The position numbers and the translations under genes were made by a program. Shown here in pieces: positions 1 to 10,074 of a stretch of 32,000 nucleotides of DNA. A model generated the notes under the pieces. The model did not search any database. It was given only the letters and a program-made list of their open reading frames with translations, and was not told the origin of the DNA. The stretch lies in the sequence record OZ076499.1; one strand, 5' to 3'. How positions within the stretch are numbered: the first letter of the stretch is position 1; each line of letters starts with the position of its first letter.

Positions 1-40
1 TATCCTATCCTATCATTCTTTCATTACATAATTATCTATA

Positions 41-175
41 CCCTCCCTAGCTTCTAAGGGCAAGGGGTTGCTTAGCGCAGCAGCGCAGCAGCGCAGCAGC
101 GCAGCGTTGCTATATGCAGCGTTAGGGATAGTAGCAGTGCTAGATTATAGGCTAGCACAGACCGGAGTAATAAAG
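41..175. repeat. GC-rich island with module TAGCTTCTAAGGGCAAGG and a tandem 8-mer array
   Basis: GC-rich block in AT-rich context. The module lies at 48-65. The array (GCGCAGCA)x3 plus GCGCAGCG lies at 75-106. Confidence 0.8.
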
Positions 176-273
176 GAGAAGCAAATTTATAAATTAACAG
201 GGTAGTAGGTTTAACCTAGAATAAAAGTGACCTTAATTGTATTATTTTAATTTTTTACAAATTACAAAAAAAG

Positions 274-440
274 GCAGGTTGCTACGCGCTCCGCGCTCCG
301 CGCTCCGCAGACTTTGAATATTGCTTGCTAACTATAATAATAGGGCAGCGTCCGTAGTCCTAGCTTATTCCTCTCCTGCGGATGCTCCTTGTGAAGCGTA
401 GGGCAAGTAGGATAAGGGGTATTTGCTACGCTAGAATTAA
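274..440. repeat. GC-rich island with GCTCCGC-type heptamer repeats
   Basis: cgcgctccgcgctccgcgctccgcag at about 285-310 is followed by a GC-rich block to about 440. A further ctccgcagctccgcagttccgc lies at 478-503. Confidence 0.7.
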
Positions 441-860
441 GGTAGCTACAGTATATTTTATTATTATAAATAACAAAGGCTCCGCAGCTCCGCAGTTCCG
501 CATAAGAAGATTTTAAATAGTTATAATCTAAAATATATTTAAATTATATAACAATATTTACTTATTATTTACTTTTCTTTTTTATTTTTCTTTATAAGAT
601 AATCCAGTAAAATATTTAGATAAACAAAATATAATTATAATGTTTATAAAGTATCGTAATAGATAAACAATGTATTAAAAAATAAAATAATAATATTATT
701 GTTAGTTATTAATATTTAATTTGGATAAATTAATAATTTTTAATTAAAATTGATTTTATTATTAAAAATTTATTGATTCAAAATAAGATTAATAAAGTAC
801 TTTTAAATATATTTATGTTATTTTTCATTAAACTTTTATACTTTAGTTTAAATTCGTAAT

Positions 861-960
861 GCACCCTTAGCTCACTTAGCACAGCAGCGTAGCGTTGCTA
901 GCCCTCCCTAGGATTAGGAGTAGGATTAGGTTTAGGATTATGATTAGGGAGGAGGGTAGA
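861..960. repeat. GC-richer island with short GGATTAGG-type tandem repeats
   Basis: Contains ccctccctaggattaggagtaggattaggtttaggattatgattagggaggaggg. The outer CCCTCCCTA / TAGGGAGG arms are inverted. Confidence 0.6.
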
Positions 961-1107
961 TAGTTTTTCACTAATCGATAGAAAAATAAAAGTTTAGTAT
1001 TTATTAGGCAAATAATAATTATTAAAATTATTTTTATAAATTAAGTTAAATAATTGTGTTAGTAATTTTTATTATTTTTATTATTTATATTAATTTAATT
1101 TAAAAGA

Positions 1108-1180
1108 GGTAAAATTAGTTTAATTGGCAAAATGACGTCTTGTGGCGACGATGTTCAGAGTTCAAGTCTCTGATTTTACC
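1108..1180 (+). tRNA. trnH: tRNA-His (anticodon GTG) with encoded G-1
   Basis: Cloverleaf read from the sequence. G-1 (1108) sits opposite C73 (1180). Acceptor GTAAAAT/ATTTTAC, D stem GTTT/AAAT, anticodon loop TTGTGGC, T arm CAGAG-TTCAAGT-CTCTG. Confidence 0.85.
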
Positions 1181-1311
1181 CTTTAATTCACATATATATT
1201 CTTGTATTATATTGTATAGTATTATATTGTATTCTATAACATAAATTTAAAAGAGGTGAGATATACAAAATATATTCAAACTAAACTAAAAAATAAACAG
1301 TCAGTAATAAT

Positions 1312-2091
1312 ATGTTTTCGTTAATGTCACAATTCTTTATTTTATCACCTTTAAGTCAATTCGAAGTATCTAGTTTAATTGGACTAAATGCTCCAATATT
1401 AGGTCATTTAAATATTACTATTACTAATTTAGTATTATATTCTTTTTTTATATTATTAGTTGTTATAGGATTACATTTTTACGGAAATAATGATTCAAAT
1501 TTAATTCCAAGTAAATGGTCAATTTCATTAGAATCATCTTTCGCTAGTTTAAGTTCAATGGTTAGAGAACAAATAGGAAGTAGCAGTGAAATTTATTTAC
1601 CTTTTATTTATTCATTATTTTTCTTTATTTTAATTGGGAATTTAATTTCTAACGTTCCATATTCTTTTGCAGTAACAGCTAGTGGAGTAGTTTCTTTAGG
1701 TTTAAGTTTAACTATTTTTATAGGGGTAACTATTTTAGCTTTTACAATACATGGAGTAAAATTTTTCTCTTTCTTTATACCAGCAGGGACTCCATTAGCA
1801 TTAGTACCTTTATTAGTATTAATTGAATTAATTTCATATTTAGCTAGAGCAGTATCATTAGGTGTTCGATTATTTGCTAATATTGTAGCAGGTCACACTT
1901 TATTAAAAATATTATCAACTTACTTATATAAATTATTTTCAGGTAGCCTAATTATTGCAGTAATAACTTTAATTCCTTTTGCTATATTTTTAGCTCTAAT
2001 AGGATTAGAACTTGCAGTTTCTTTAATTCAAGCTTTTGTTTTCACATTATTAGTTTGTTCTTATTTAAGAGATGCTATAGAATTACATTAA
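1312..2091 (+). CDS. atp6: ATP synthase F0 subunit a
   Basis: 259-aa ORF with ATG start. The SPLSQFEV N-terminus and the ...LGVRLFANIVAGHTLLKIL... motif are typical of mitochondrial atp6. Confidence 0.95.
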   Translation: MFSLMSQFFILSPLSQFEVSSLIGLNAPILGHLNITITNLVLYSFFILLVVIGLHFYGNNDSNLIPSKWSISLESSFASLSSMVREQIGSSSEIYLPFIYSLFFFILIGNLISNVPYSFAVTASGVVSLGLSLTIFIGVTILAFTIHGVKFFSFFIPAGTPLALVPLLVLIELISYLARAVSLGVRLFANIVAGHTLLKILSTYLYKLFSGSLIIAVITLIPFAIFLALIGLELAVSLIQAFVFTLLVCSYLRDAIELH

Positions 2092-2146
2092 TTTGTTTAG
2101 AAAATTGTCCTTTTTATAATTTTTTAAATTGTGATTATTTGTAACC

Positions 2147-2193
2147 CCCCCTAGCAAAGTAAGCGGAGCGCCTCTTCTAGCGAAGCTAGGGGG
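2147..2193. repeat. GC-rich hairpin 55 nt downstream of the atp6 stop
   Basis: CCCCCTAGC (2147-2155) is the inverted complement of GCTAGGGGG (2185-2193). The loop carries a GCGGAGCGC core. Confidence 0.75.
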
Positions 2194-2237
2194 TAAAAAC
2201 TTTTACTTTATTTTTTTTCTTACTTTAATAGAAGAGC

Positions 2238-2439
2238 GGGTACTATATCTCTTATCGCACGTTTTCCTCTAATTTCCCTTGATTTTTTCTATTTAAGTTT
2301 CTTGTAAACTAACCTTAATTACGGTTATCTTAAACTTAGTAGGTGAGAGTCATAATCTCAAATAATTTAAGTGTGCTAGCACCTCGCTTATTTTATTCCT
2401 TTAAGCAAGTAAACTTACGGTTAAGGTTGTAGTCCTCTG
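2238..2439 (-). other. Group I intron-like core fragment with no recognisable host gene
   Basis: On the minus strand, CAGAGGACTACA (2428-2439) resembles the R element and AGAGATATAGTACCC (2238-2252) resembles the S element. Each differs from the R/S pairs in cox1 introns 2 and 3 by one inserted base. Spacing is about 185 nt. Confidence 0.4.
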
Positions 2440-2948
2440 CTTTGATTCTTCTTATTGTTTATTTAACTATATCTGTTTTATAATACTGATATACTGTCTG
2501 TATAGAAAAGGATATTTTGTAAATAGTATTTGAAGATTTCCATATTTTAACTAATATGCGTATTATATGTTTATCTAAAAGTTTGGTTTTTTAATGTTTA
2601 GGAGCTCTGGTTCGCGGGGATTGGAGCTAGAATAAAATTTTTGGTTAATAATTAATTATTTTTCTAATTATCATTCCTATAATGAGAAAAAATAGAAAAT
2701 TAATAAGCTAAAACATAATGCTTAATTAGCTATATTTTATTGACTGGATATACAGGAAAACAATCCCTTTTGTTATTACATCTAAATGTTCTAGAGAGTA
2801 AGTTATGTTATGGTTTTGTGAGGTTCAATTCCTCTTGCATAGCTTTTTCCTTTTATTTTTGTTAAATAATAGATACAAGTTACTAGTTAAACTTGGACAC
2901 TGCTGGTTTACTTCTAAATGATTAAAATTTTTGTTTATTCTTGCTACA

Positions 2949-4303
2949 ATGATGTTTATTAACTTTTTAAAACCTATCTTTAGTATAGGTACTTATATTA
3001 TTAATATAATGAGTAAATATATTATATATTATTAATTTAATTATTTACACAACTTTATTTTTATTATTATTTAATCTATTATTATTTATAATTGATATCT
3101 ATTCAAATTATTATGTAATAGATTATTACTCTAATGTTCTTCCTTCAGGAGAATCAAATGATAGTGTTCCTATGGATCCTACAAGATGATGGCCTAGTGG
3201 TGTACTTCAAAGTTGGACAATAGTTGGTACAGCTATAGCTACATATAGTATTTTAAGTAAGGTTCCAAGGGTTTCCCCGAGATCGAGATTTTTAGGTGCA
3301 AAAGCTAGCGCTGGTGTAACAGCAACTCAAATTACTTATCATTCTTCTCTAGATAATTCTTTATGGTTTAATAGATTAATGTGGGGTTTATCTTAATATA
3401 ATAAAAATGGTACTAGGCCTAGTTTGGAAAAAGTGACTCCCAAAGAGGTAGAAAGTTTTGTATCTGAATCTATTAAACATGTTGATTACTCTAAAGTTTC
3501 TAAGATGGTTAAGGAGGTTACCGATAATACTAATAATACTAGTAATAGTTTTTTACCTTCATAAAATTTTTATTTTTCCGATCTTGTAGATAAATTAATT
3601 GAATCTATGTTTAAACAAGCAATGGAAGTTTTACAACCGTTCAAGGATTTTTTGAAGATTTTATCGGTCAAATAATGTTTATTGAAGTGATTCTTTTTAT
3701 TATGTGTATTAGTATATTTTTATTGTTTTTTGTATTTCTTTGTAATTTAGTCTTTTTATTCAATAAAGATAAGATTATAAAGAAATTTGATAATAAATTT
3801 ATTACTTTTTATGTGAGCTATCAGGCTTTTTTTAGTTGGATTTCTTTATTTGTTATTCCTATTTTAATGTTTACAGGTTTGTTTTCATTAAGTCATGGTC
3901 TACATTGGTTAATTAATAATCAAATACCTTATGAATCTTTAGATGTTGATTTACATAAGTTTATTTCTTCTTCTGCGGAGCGGCGGAGCGGCGGAGCGGC
4001 GGAGCGGCGGAGCGGCTTGCTTTGCTAGCGCTTGTTTTACCTCTAACGTTAGGTTCTTATAAAATTAATAATTCTAATATTAAGTATAATAAATATAAAA
4101 AATATAAATTTAACCCCTTTTTTAATCTTATAACTACTCTTGGAAATATTAGATGGTATTCCGAATCCTCTATACCAAATTTGTATATATCTAATAATAT
4201 TAATATAAATATTTACAATATTATAAATTCAAATAATACAAATTTAAAGTATAATAGTACTATTAATAACAGTATTAAACATTTTGTTATTCCTTTTTCT
4301 TAA
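2949..4303 (+). pseudogene. Array of abutting reading-frame fragments, apparently a decayed orphan ORF
   Basis: The fragments are 2949-3035 (frame 0), 3010-3396 (frame 1, with TGA at 3010 and 3187), 3397-3563 and 3564-3675 (frame 1, separated by TAA), 3675-4028 (frame 0) and 4022-4303 (frame 2). The 3217-3299 part shows in-phase matches to the N-terminus of the ORF at 8784-9521. Confidence 0.45.
3975..4016. repeat. Tandem array (GCGGAGCG)x5
   Basis: Five direct 8-nt units plus gc. Frames 0 and 2 are both open across the array. Confidence 0.9.
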
Positions 4304-5406
4304 TTTACTCTTATACGACTTATTAATATTTTATTATTAAATTTAAATCTAAAATAAAACTATACTATTATTTTGCAATATTCTTTATATCAAAGTAAGA
4401 ATAATTATATGTTAGATCGTCAAATAGCTATATTGGTGAAGGATAGTCATGATTTAGATCATTATAAACGTCTTTACGTTAATTTTCAAGATAAGTTAGA
4501 AATGCTAATGGAAACATATAATGTAAATAATCCTGATTTTATAAATTTACGTATAAAATAATTTACTGTTAATAATAATTTAGTTTTAGATGATATTATA
4601 AATATAAGCTTACATAAAGGTATTTCTAAAAAAGGTGATACATTAAGAAATTTTAATAAACAAATATTACCTTTAAGTTACAATGAAAAGTTTTTTTGGT
4701 AGTATCTTATTAGATGATTTAAGAAATAAGTATTTGAGTGTTAATTTAATTTTCTGAGATAAAGGATGAATGTAATTATATTCAGTATAAAAGTTATATT
4801 TTATATTATTTTAACTATTCAAAATAAATTCTAAAACCTTTACATTAATTTTAAATTCAACAGAATTAAGAGAATTAACAGAATTATAAATAATATTATT
4901 TTTTAATATATTACTTTGATATTTTAATTCATAATTAGGTAATAATATACTATCAGTATATTCAATATCATTTAATAAATAACCACTAAGTTGAGGTATT
5001 TTATCCAATATATACAATATAGGTTTTACGGTCTTTTAGGAGGTAAATTATAAAATTCTATACTATTCTCTTTATTATTATAAAACATTTAATTTAACAA
5101 TGGAGCAACTATAAAAATAGATGTTTTTTCATCTTTACTTAATACTTTAATCTTAAAGTCTAATAATTTAATTGTTAGAGACCAACTTATTAAATTTGAA
5201 CATAATTTATGTTTTAGTTGAATGTCTTCACAATTAGAAGTTAATTCCTGATTATTATTTTGATTTTTAAATGAATTTAAAGACATAAATTTAATTTATT
5301 TTTTTCTTTTAATGCTAAATTAGTAATTAAAAAAAATACTCCAAATAAACAAATCTCAGCAGCATTGGCATTTCAGTAGGGTGGGATAATGAAAAATTAA
5401 ATATAA

Positions 5407-7245
5407 TTAATTAAAGTTTTGTCCTGAAGTCACTGTAATACTAAATGCACCTCTTTTGTTTTTATTAGTAAATCGTGCTACATCTGAAAAATTAATTTTA
5501 CCTCTAGCAGAAGCACCTCTTCTAGTAGTTTTAATAGTTTGACGAGGAATCACTCTTTGAGTTAATAAACGTCCAGCAACTCTAATAGTCATACCAGATA
5601 AGAATGCAGGTATTATATTTAATTTTGATTTTTTAGTAATTTTGTTTAAATTTTTAATAACTGCTTTTTCAAAAAGTCTTCTAGTAATAATTCTAAGTTT
5701 AATTCTATTAATCATAATTCCTAATAGATTAACTAATATGTGACTATCATTATATGGATAATGTAATCGAATTAAATTTAATTCTACAGGTTTTTTGAAT
5801 AAATGACTTAATATTTCACACAATTGTTGGAATTTGGCAGGAAATACTTTAACTAAACTTATATTAGATAATTTTCTTAATTGGATTCTAACTTTTACTT
5901 TTATTTTTCTAAATTTTCTATATAATTTTTTAATTTTAGTTTTTCTTTTCATCCAATTAGCATTATTTCTACGTTTATAACCATATTTATTAATTTTTTT
6001 TAATTTTAAAATATTAGGTATAAATAAGTAATAAAATAATTGTATAATAATTTTATCAGGTGTAATAACGAAAACAGGTTTACTAATTAAACAATACATA
6101 GATTTAAAAGTTGTAGATAGTAATTCATAAATTTTTTTAATTAATTTATTTCTTTCACTGTTAAAGTTAAATCCTATTATATTTGAATAAGATAAGATTA
6201 TTCCATTTCTTCTCATATTATAAATACTCATTGATTTAATATATTGATTAAGTATTGGTTTATTATTAGAATTATATAAAATAGAAATTGGATTAGAATT
6301 TAAAGAAATTGAATCAGTTTTATAATCAAAATTATTATTTTTCATAATTGAATTCATTGTTTGTTTAATACTTATTTCATTTGATTTATTAATTGAATGA
6401 AATATTTTTTTTAATGTTATTTTAGTTTCAGCGGACGCTGCGGACGCTGCGGACGCATTTGTTTTTAATAATAAATTATTATTGATTATTCCCTCCGTAG
6501 AAGAAGTAGTAGGAATAGTCAGAGACTGATGTGTGTTATCACTAGAAATAGAATGTTGACTTTGGTCCAGAGATGGTAAAATTATATTGAATATTTGTTT
6601 AGTTTGTATTTTTTGATTTTTAATATTTGTTTGATTTATTTTATATTTTATATAATTAACTAATTTCTTTACTTTAGCTATTAGTTCTTTAATTTCTATT
6701 GATCTTTCAATTTTTTCTTGTCCATTTTCTATTGTATTTGGTAATAATGTTAATTTTGTTATATTTCTTAATCGGTAAATAAATCTAAGTTGAGGTTCCG
6801 GTTTAAATAAACGATGAGGATAAAATAAATTAATATTATATAATAATGATCTGATTTTATATATTGCTAAATATTTGTTTACTTTATAAATATAATTTGA
6901 TAATAAAATATTTAATTTTTTATAATTATTATTTTTTGATTCGCATAATTGTAATATTAAACCTAATTTATTTCGTTTTAATAAATAATTTTGTAAATTT
7001 ATATTATATTTAGTTATTCCCTTTAAAAAGAGTTCAAATATTTGATTCAATGTAATTATATTAGAACTTAATTTTTTATGAGGATTTAATAGATTAAAAT
7101 TATATTTATTTCTTCTTTTTTCATTTATTTTTTTTAACGTTATTGGAGTATTAAATAAAGGTAATATCCTTTTATCTAGTTTTACTTCGGTTATTTGATT
7201 ATTATTTTGATTTAAATTTAAATCTTGAGAATTCTTTAACCACAT
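5407..7245 (-). CDS. rps3: Mitochondrial ribosomal protein S3 (var1-like), free-standing
   Basis: 612-aa Asn/Lys/Ile-rich ORF with ATG start. The C-terminal GMTIRVAGRLLTQRVIPRQT...RRGASARG region resembles the conserved fungal mitochondrial rps3 C-terminus. Confidence 0.8.
   Translation of the reverse strand: MWLKNSQDLNLNQNNNQITEVKLDKRILPLFNTPITLKKINEKRRNKYNFNLLNPHKKLSSNIITLNQIFELFLKGITKYNINLQNYLLKRNKLGLILQLCESKNNNYKKLNILLSNYIYKVNKYLAIYKIRSLLYNINLFYPHRLFKPEPQLRFIYRLRNITKLTLLPNTIENGQEKIERSIEIKELIAKVKKLVNYIKYKINQTNIKNQKIQTKQIFNIILPSLDQSQHSISSDNTHQSLTIPTTSSTEGIINNNLLLKTNASAASAASAETKITLKKIFHSINKSNEISIKQTMNSIMKNNNFDYKTDSISLNSNPISILYNSNNKPILNQYIKSMSIYNMRRNGIILSYSNIIGFNFNSERNKLIKKIYELLSTTFKSMYCLISKPVFVITPDKIIIQLFYYLFIPNILKLKKINKYGYKRRNNANWMKRKTKIKKLYRKFRKIKVKVRIQLRKLSNISLVKVFPAKFQQLCEILSHLFKKPVELNLIRLHYPYNDSHILVNLLGIMINRIKLRIITRRLFEKAVIKNLNKITKKSKLNIIPAFLSGMTIRVAGRLLTQRVIPRQTIKTTRRGASARGKINFSDVARFTNKNKRGAFSITVTSGQNFN
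6431..6456. repeat. GC 9-mer array (GCGGACGCT-type, x3) in frame inside rps3
   Basis: gcggacgctgcggacgctgcggacgc encodes ASAASAASA in the rps3 frame. The same 9-mer family occurs in intergenic arrays at 22704-22742, 29496-29538 and 31717-31747. Confidence 0.9.
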
Positions 7246-8232
7246 CCTTTACTTTTTATTAATTATTAAATTTTTATATTTAATTAGTTGTAAATAAATA
7301 TCAAATGAAGCGAATTATTAATTAAATATTTTAATTCTCTAGAATTATCTTAACTCCATTTAATTTATTTATCATTTCAATTATTACTAATGATATACAT
7401 TCGTTTCATCTTCTAGTTCGTAATATTGTGTTATATAAAGATACAAATTTTATATTAACAAGTGATAAATAATCTCCATATTTTTATTTTATAAAATAAC
7501 TTTTGGATTACTAAATTATACTAGTTTACTTAATTTGGTTTATTTACTTTATTTTTACTTTATGCGGAGCGCTTGTGTTTAAAATAATAATTTGAATAAG
7601 GTATTAATTAAGTAAATCAAAGTTTATTTATAATTAATTAATATTTTTACGTATCCTTAATTAATTATTTTAACTTTATTAGCTTCTCTTTTATAAAGTA
7701 TTTTATTTTTAAGGAGATGCTACATTTCAGTAATCATGTACTTATATTTGATATTAGTTTTGCATTATTTTTACTTTATTTAGTAATATCTTATTTTGAT
7801 TATTATTATTATTATTATATTTAATAATATTATAATAAGTACAAATTTATGAGCAATTAAAAAAATTAAATTTTAGTCTTTAACAAATTATATTTATTTA
7901 ATATTCAAAAAGTTTAAAGTTCTGCGGAGCGCTTGCAAAGCTACCGCTAGTTATTTATTTCTATATTTAAAATGATTTACCGCAGTTATCAATACCAATT
8001 CTATTATTTATTAATATATATTTAAATAGAACTTAATTTTTTATTATAAGATTGAGATATCTTTTGAATACTTTAATAAATTAGTAAAAGTAAATAAAAC
8101 AAAATCAGCCTATAAGGACTTATAAACCTATATTAATTATAAATAAAAATAATCAAAAGGTAAGTAGTATTTAAAGGGGTTATATTTTATTATTATTTAA
8201 TTTAACAGTTTGATATAAGTTTAAAATAATAA

Positions 8233-8484
<252 letters not shown>

Positions 8485-8565
8485 CTAAAATATTAAAAAG
8501 TTTATATAAAATAATTTAATTTTTCAATACACTTTTAAATACATAAGATAATTCGATAATTACTT

Positions 8566-8745
8566 CCTAACCGTTGCGCTTCATCTCCCATTCCTACCCT
8601 TAGGAGCGCAGCAGCGCAGCAGCGCAGCAGCGCTGCAGTAACCGGGGGATAAAAATATAAAAATATAAAAATATAAAAATAATATACGAGCGCTGCATCG
8701 CTGCTTCGCAATAAGGGTCTATATATAGCAACGCTGCGCTAGCAA
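8566..8745. repeat. GC-rich island with tandem 8-mers
   Basis: (GCGCAGCA)x3 at 8606-8629 is the same unit as at 75-106. An AT 8-mer array (AAAATATA)x4 follows at about 8649-8680, then another GC block. Confidence 0.8.
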
Positions 8746-8783
8746 AGGATAATATGAATTAATATAAAGTTAAATATTTTTAA

Positions 8784-9491
8784 TTATAATAAAAAGACGA
8801 ATATAAGTATATTACTTAAGGAAAGACAACTATATAAAAAGAATAATTTTAAAAAGTGAATTATTTTTTGTTTTTTTAAATCTGAGGTATAATTTATAGC
8901 CATTTCTCTCAATTCTATTAATTCTATCTTAATAAATTTAGGATAGTTTTCTAAATTAATAAAATCTTTATTAATACTAAACATTTTTAAATAATAGATT
9001 CTAATAAGAAAATATAAAGCAACAAATATGTTTAATATGGAAAAAGACTTAAAAAAATATATACCATAATTACCAGTTAAAATAGTTGCATCCATTCTAA
9101 TTGAGCAATTATAACCTAAAATAGATATAATTAAAGTAAATAAAGCATAAATAATTAAATATTTTATTAATAATTTTAACCATTTAGGCATTTTTTTAAA
9201 TAATAAAAATAGGGGTAATCCACTTAATACGGGCGTAGTTACTTCTGGGCCTGAGCTAGACCCTTCTATTGGATTTGAACCAAAATTTAAAATTATTCTA
9301 CTCTGCCCTAAAGTAGAATTATTTATAGATAATAAACTTGCAACAATAACAGGGGCACCAAAAAGCATAAATAGTTTTAATTCTCTCGATCTTGTACCTT
9401 GGTGTTGACTAATATTAGAGTAAAACGCTGATCTAAGATATAGGTTGATAATGCTTAGGTAAAGAATAGTTGTAGATATGAATGAACCCAC
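8784..9491 (-). CDS. Hypothetical membrane-like protein (orphan ORF A)
   Basis: 235-aa ORF from a GTG start. The frame is open up to 9521. It has several hydrophobic stretches and no match to any standard mitochondrial gene that I recognise. The start codon is uncertain. Confidence 0.5.
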   Translation of the reverse strand: MGSFISTTILYLSIINLYLRSAFYSNISQHQGTRSRELKLFMLFGAPVIVASLLSINNSTLGQSRIILNFGSNPIEGSSSGPEVTTPVLSGLPLFLLFKKMPKWLKLLIKYLIIYALFTLIISILGYNCSIRMDATILTGNYGIYFFKSFSILNIFVALYFLIRIYYLKMFSINKDFINLENYPKFIKIELIELREMAINYTSDLKKQKIIHFLKLFFLYSCLSLSNILIFVFLL

Positions 9492-9595
9492 TATTGTACC
9501 TCCGACATTTGCTCTAATGAATTATATTAAATCTGAGGAGGTAATTATATTAATAACTCTAGTTAGGGCTTGATTTTTTAATTATATCTCTGGAT

Positions 9596-9650
9596 TCCCC
9601 TGCTGCAGCGCTGCAGCGTAGGTCTATTAACGGTTTCTACGGTTACCTCT
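9596..9650. repeat. GC-rich island
   Basis: Contains cccctgctgcagcgctgcagcgtagg, which carries repeated CTGCAGCG units. Confidence 0.7.
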
Positions 9651-10039
9651 GGGTTAATTTTTTAATTAATGTAGTTTTATTCTCACCTATAAATTCTGTA
9701 AGTTTTACAGATTCAATTAAAGTCAATAGGTGAAGAATCAGATAAATCAGTTAATTTATTTAACTAATAGTTTTCATATTAATATTACAGTAATAGCAGA
9801 AATATATAGAAATAGAAAAAGAAATAGAAAAGAAATAGAAAAAGGATAAGAATAAGGTCAGTAATATAATTTATATTAGATAAAGATTTAATATTTAATT
9901 TCCTCTAATAGAAATAAATACATTTCACAATTATTACTAATTTATTAATGATAAATATTATAAAATTAAAAATTCATAAATTAAAAAATTATAAGTTTAA
10001 AAACAAAAAAATTATTAATAATAAATAAATATTATAGGG

Positions 10040-10073
<34 letters not shown>

Positions 10074-10074
10074 A

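Noticed and set aside
2727-2845. Possible tRNA ending at GAGG-TTCAATT-CCTC TTGCATAGC
   Set aside because: The candidate 5' strand GCTATAT lies about 105 nt upstream and pairs poorly. No acceptable cloverleaf can be drawn.
3975-4016. Tandem GC arrays here and at 22704, 27123 and 31717 considered as CRISPR-like arrays
   Set aside because: The units are 7-9 nt and contiguous, with no spacers. The context is a mitochondrial genome. These are microsatellite-type repeats.
8801-8809. Exact match to the yeast mitochondrial promoter nonamer ATATAAGTA
   Set aside because: It lies on the plus strand inside the 3' end of minus-strand ORF A. A 9-mer of this composition is expected by chance in so AT-rich a sequence.
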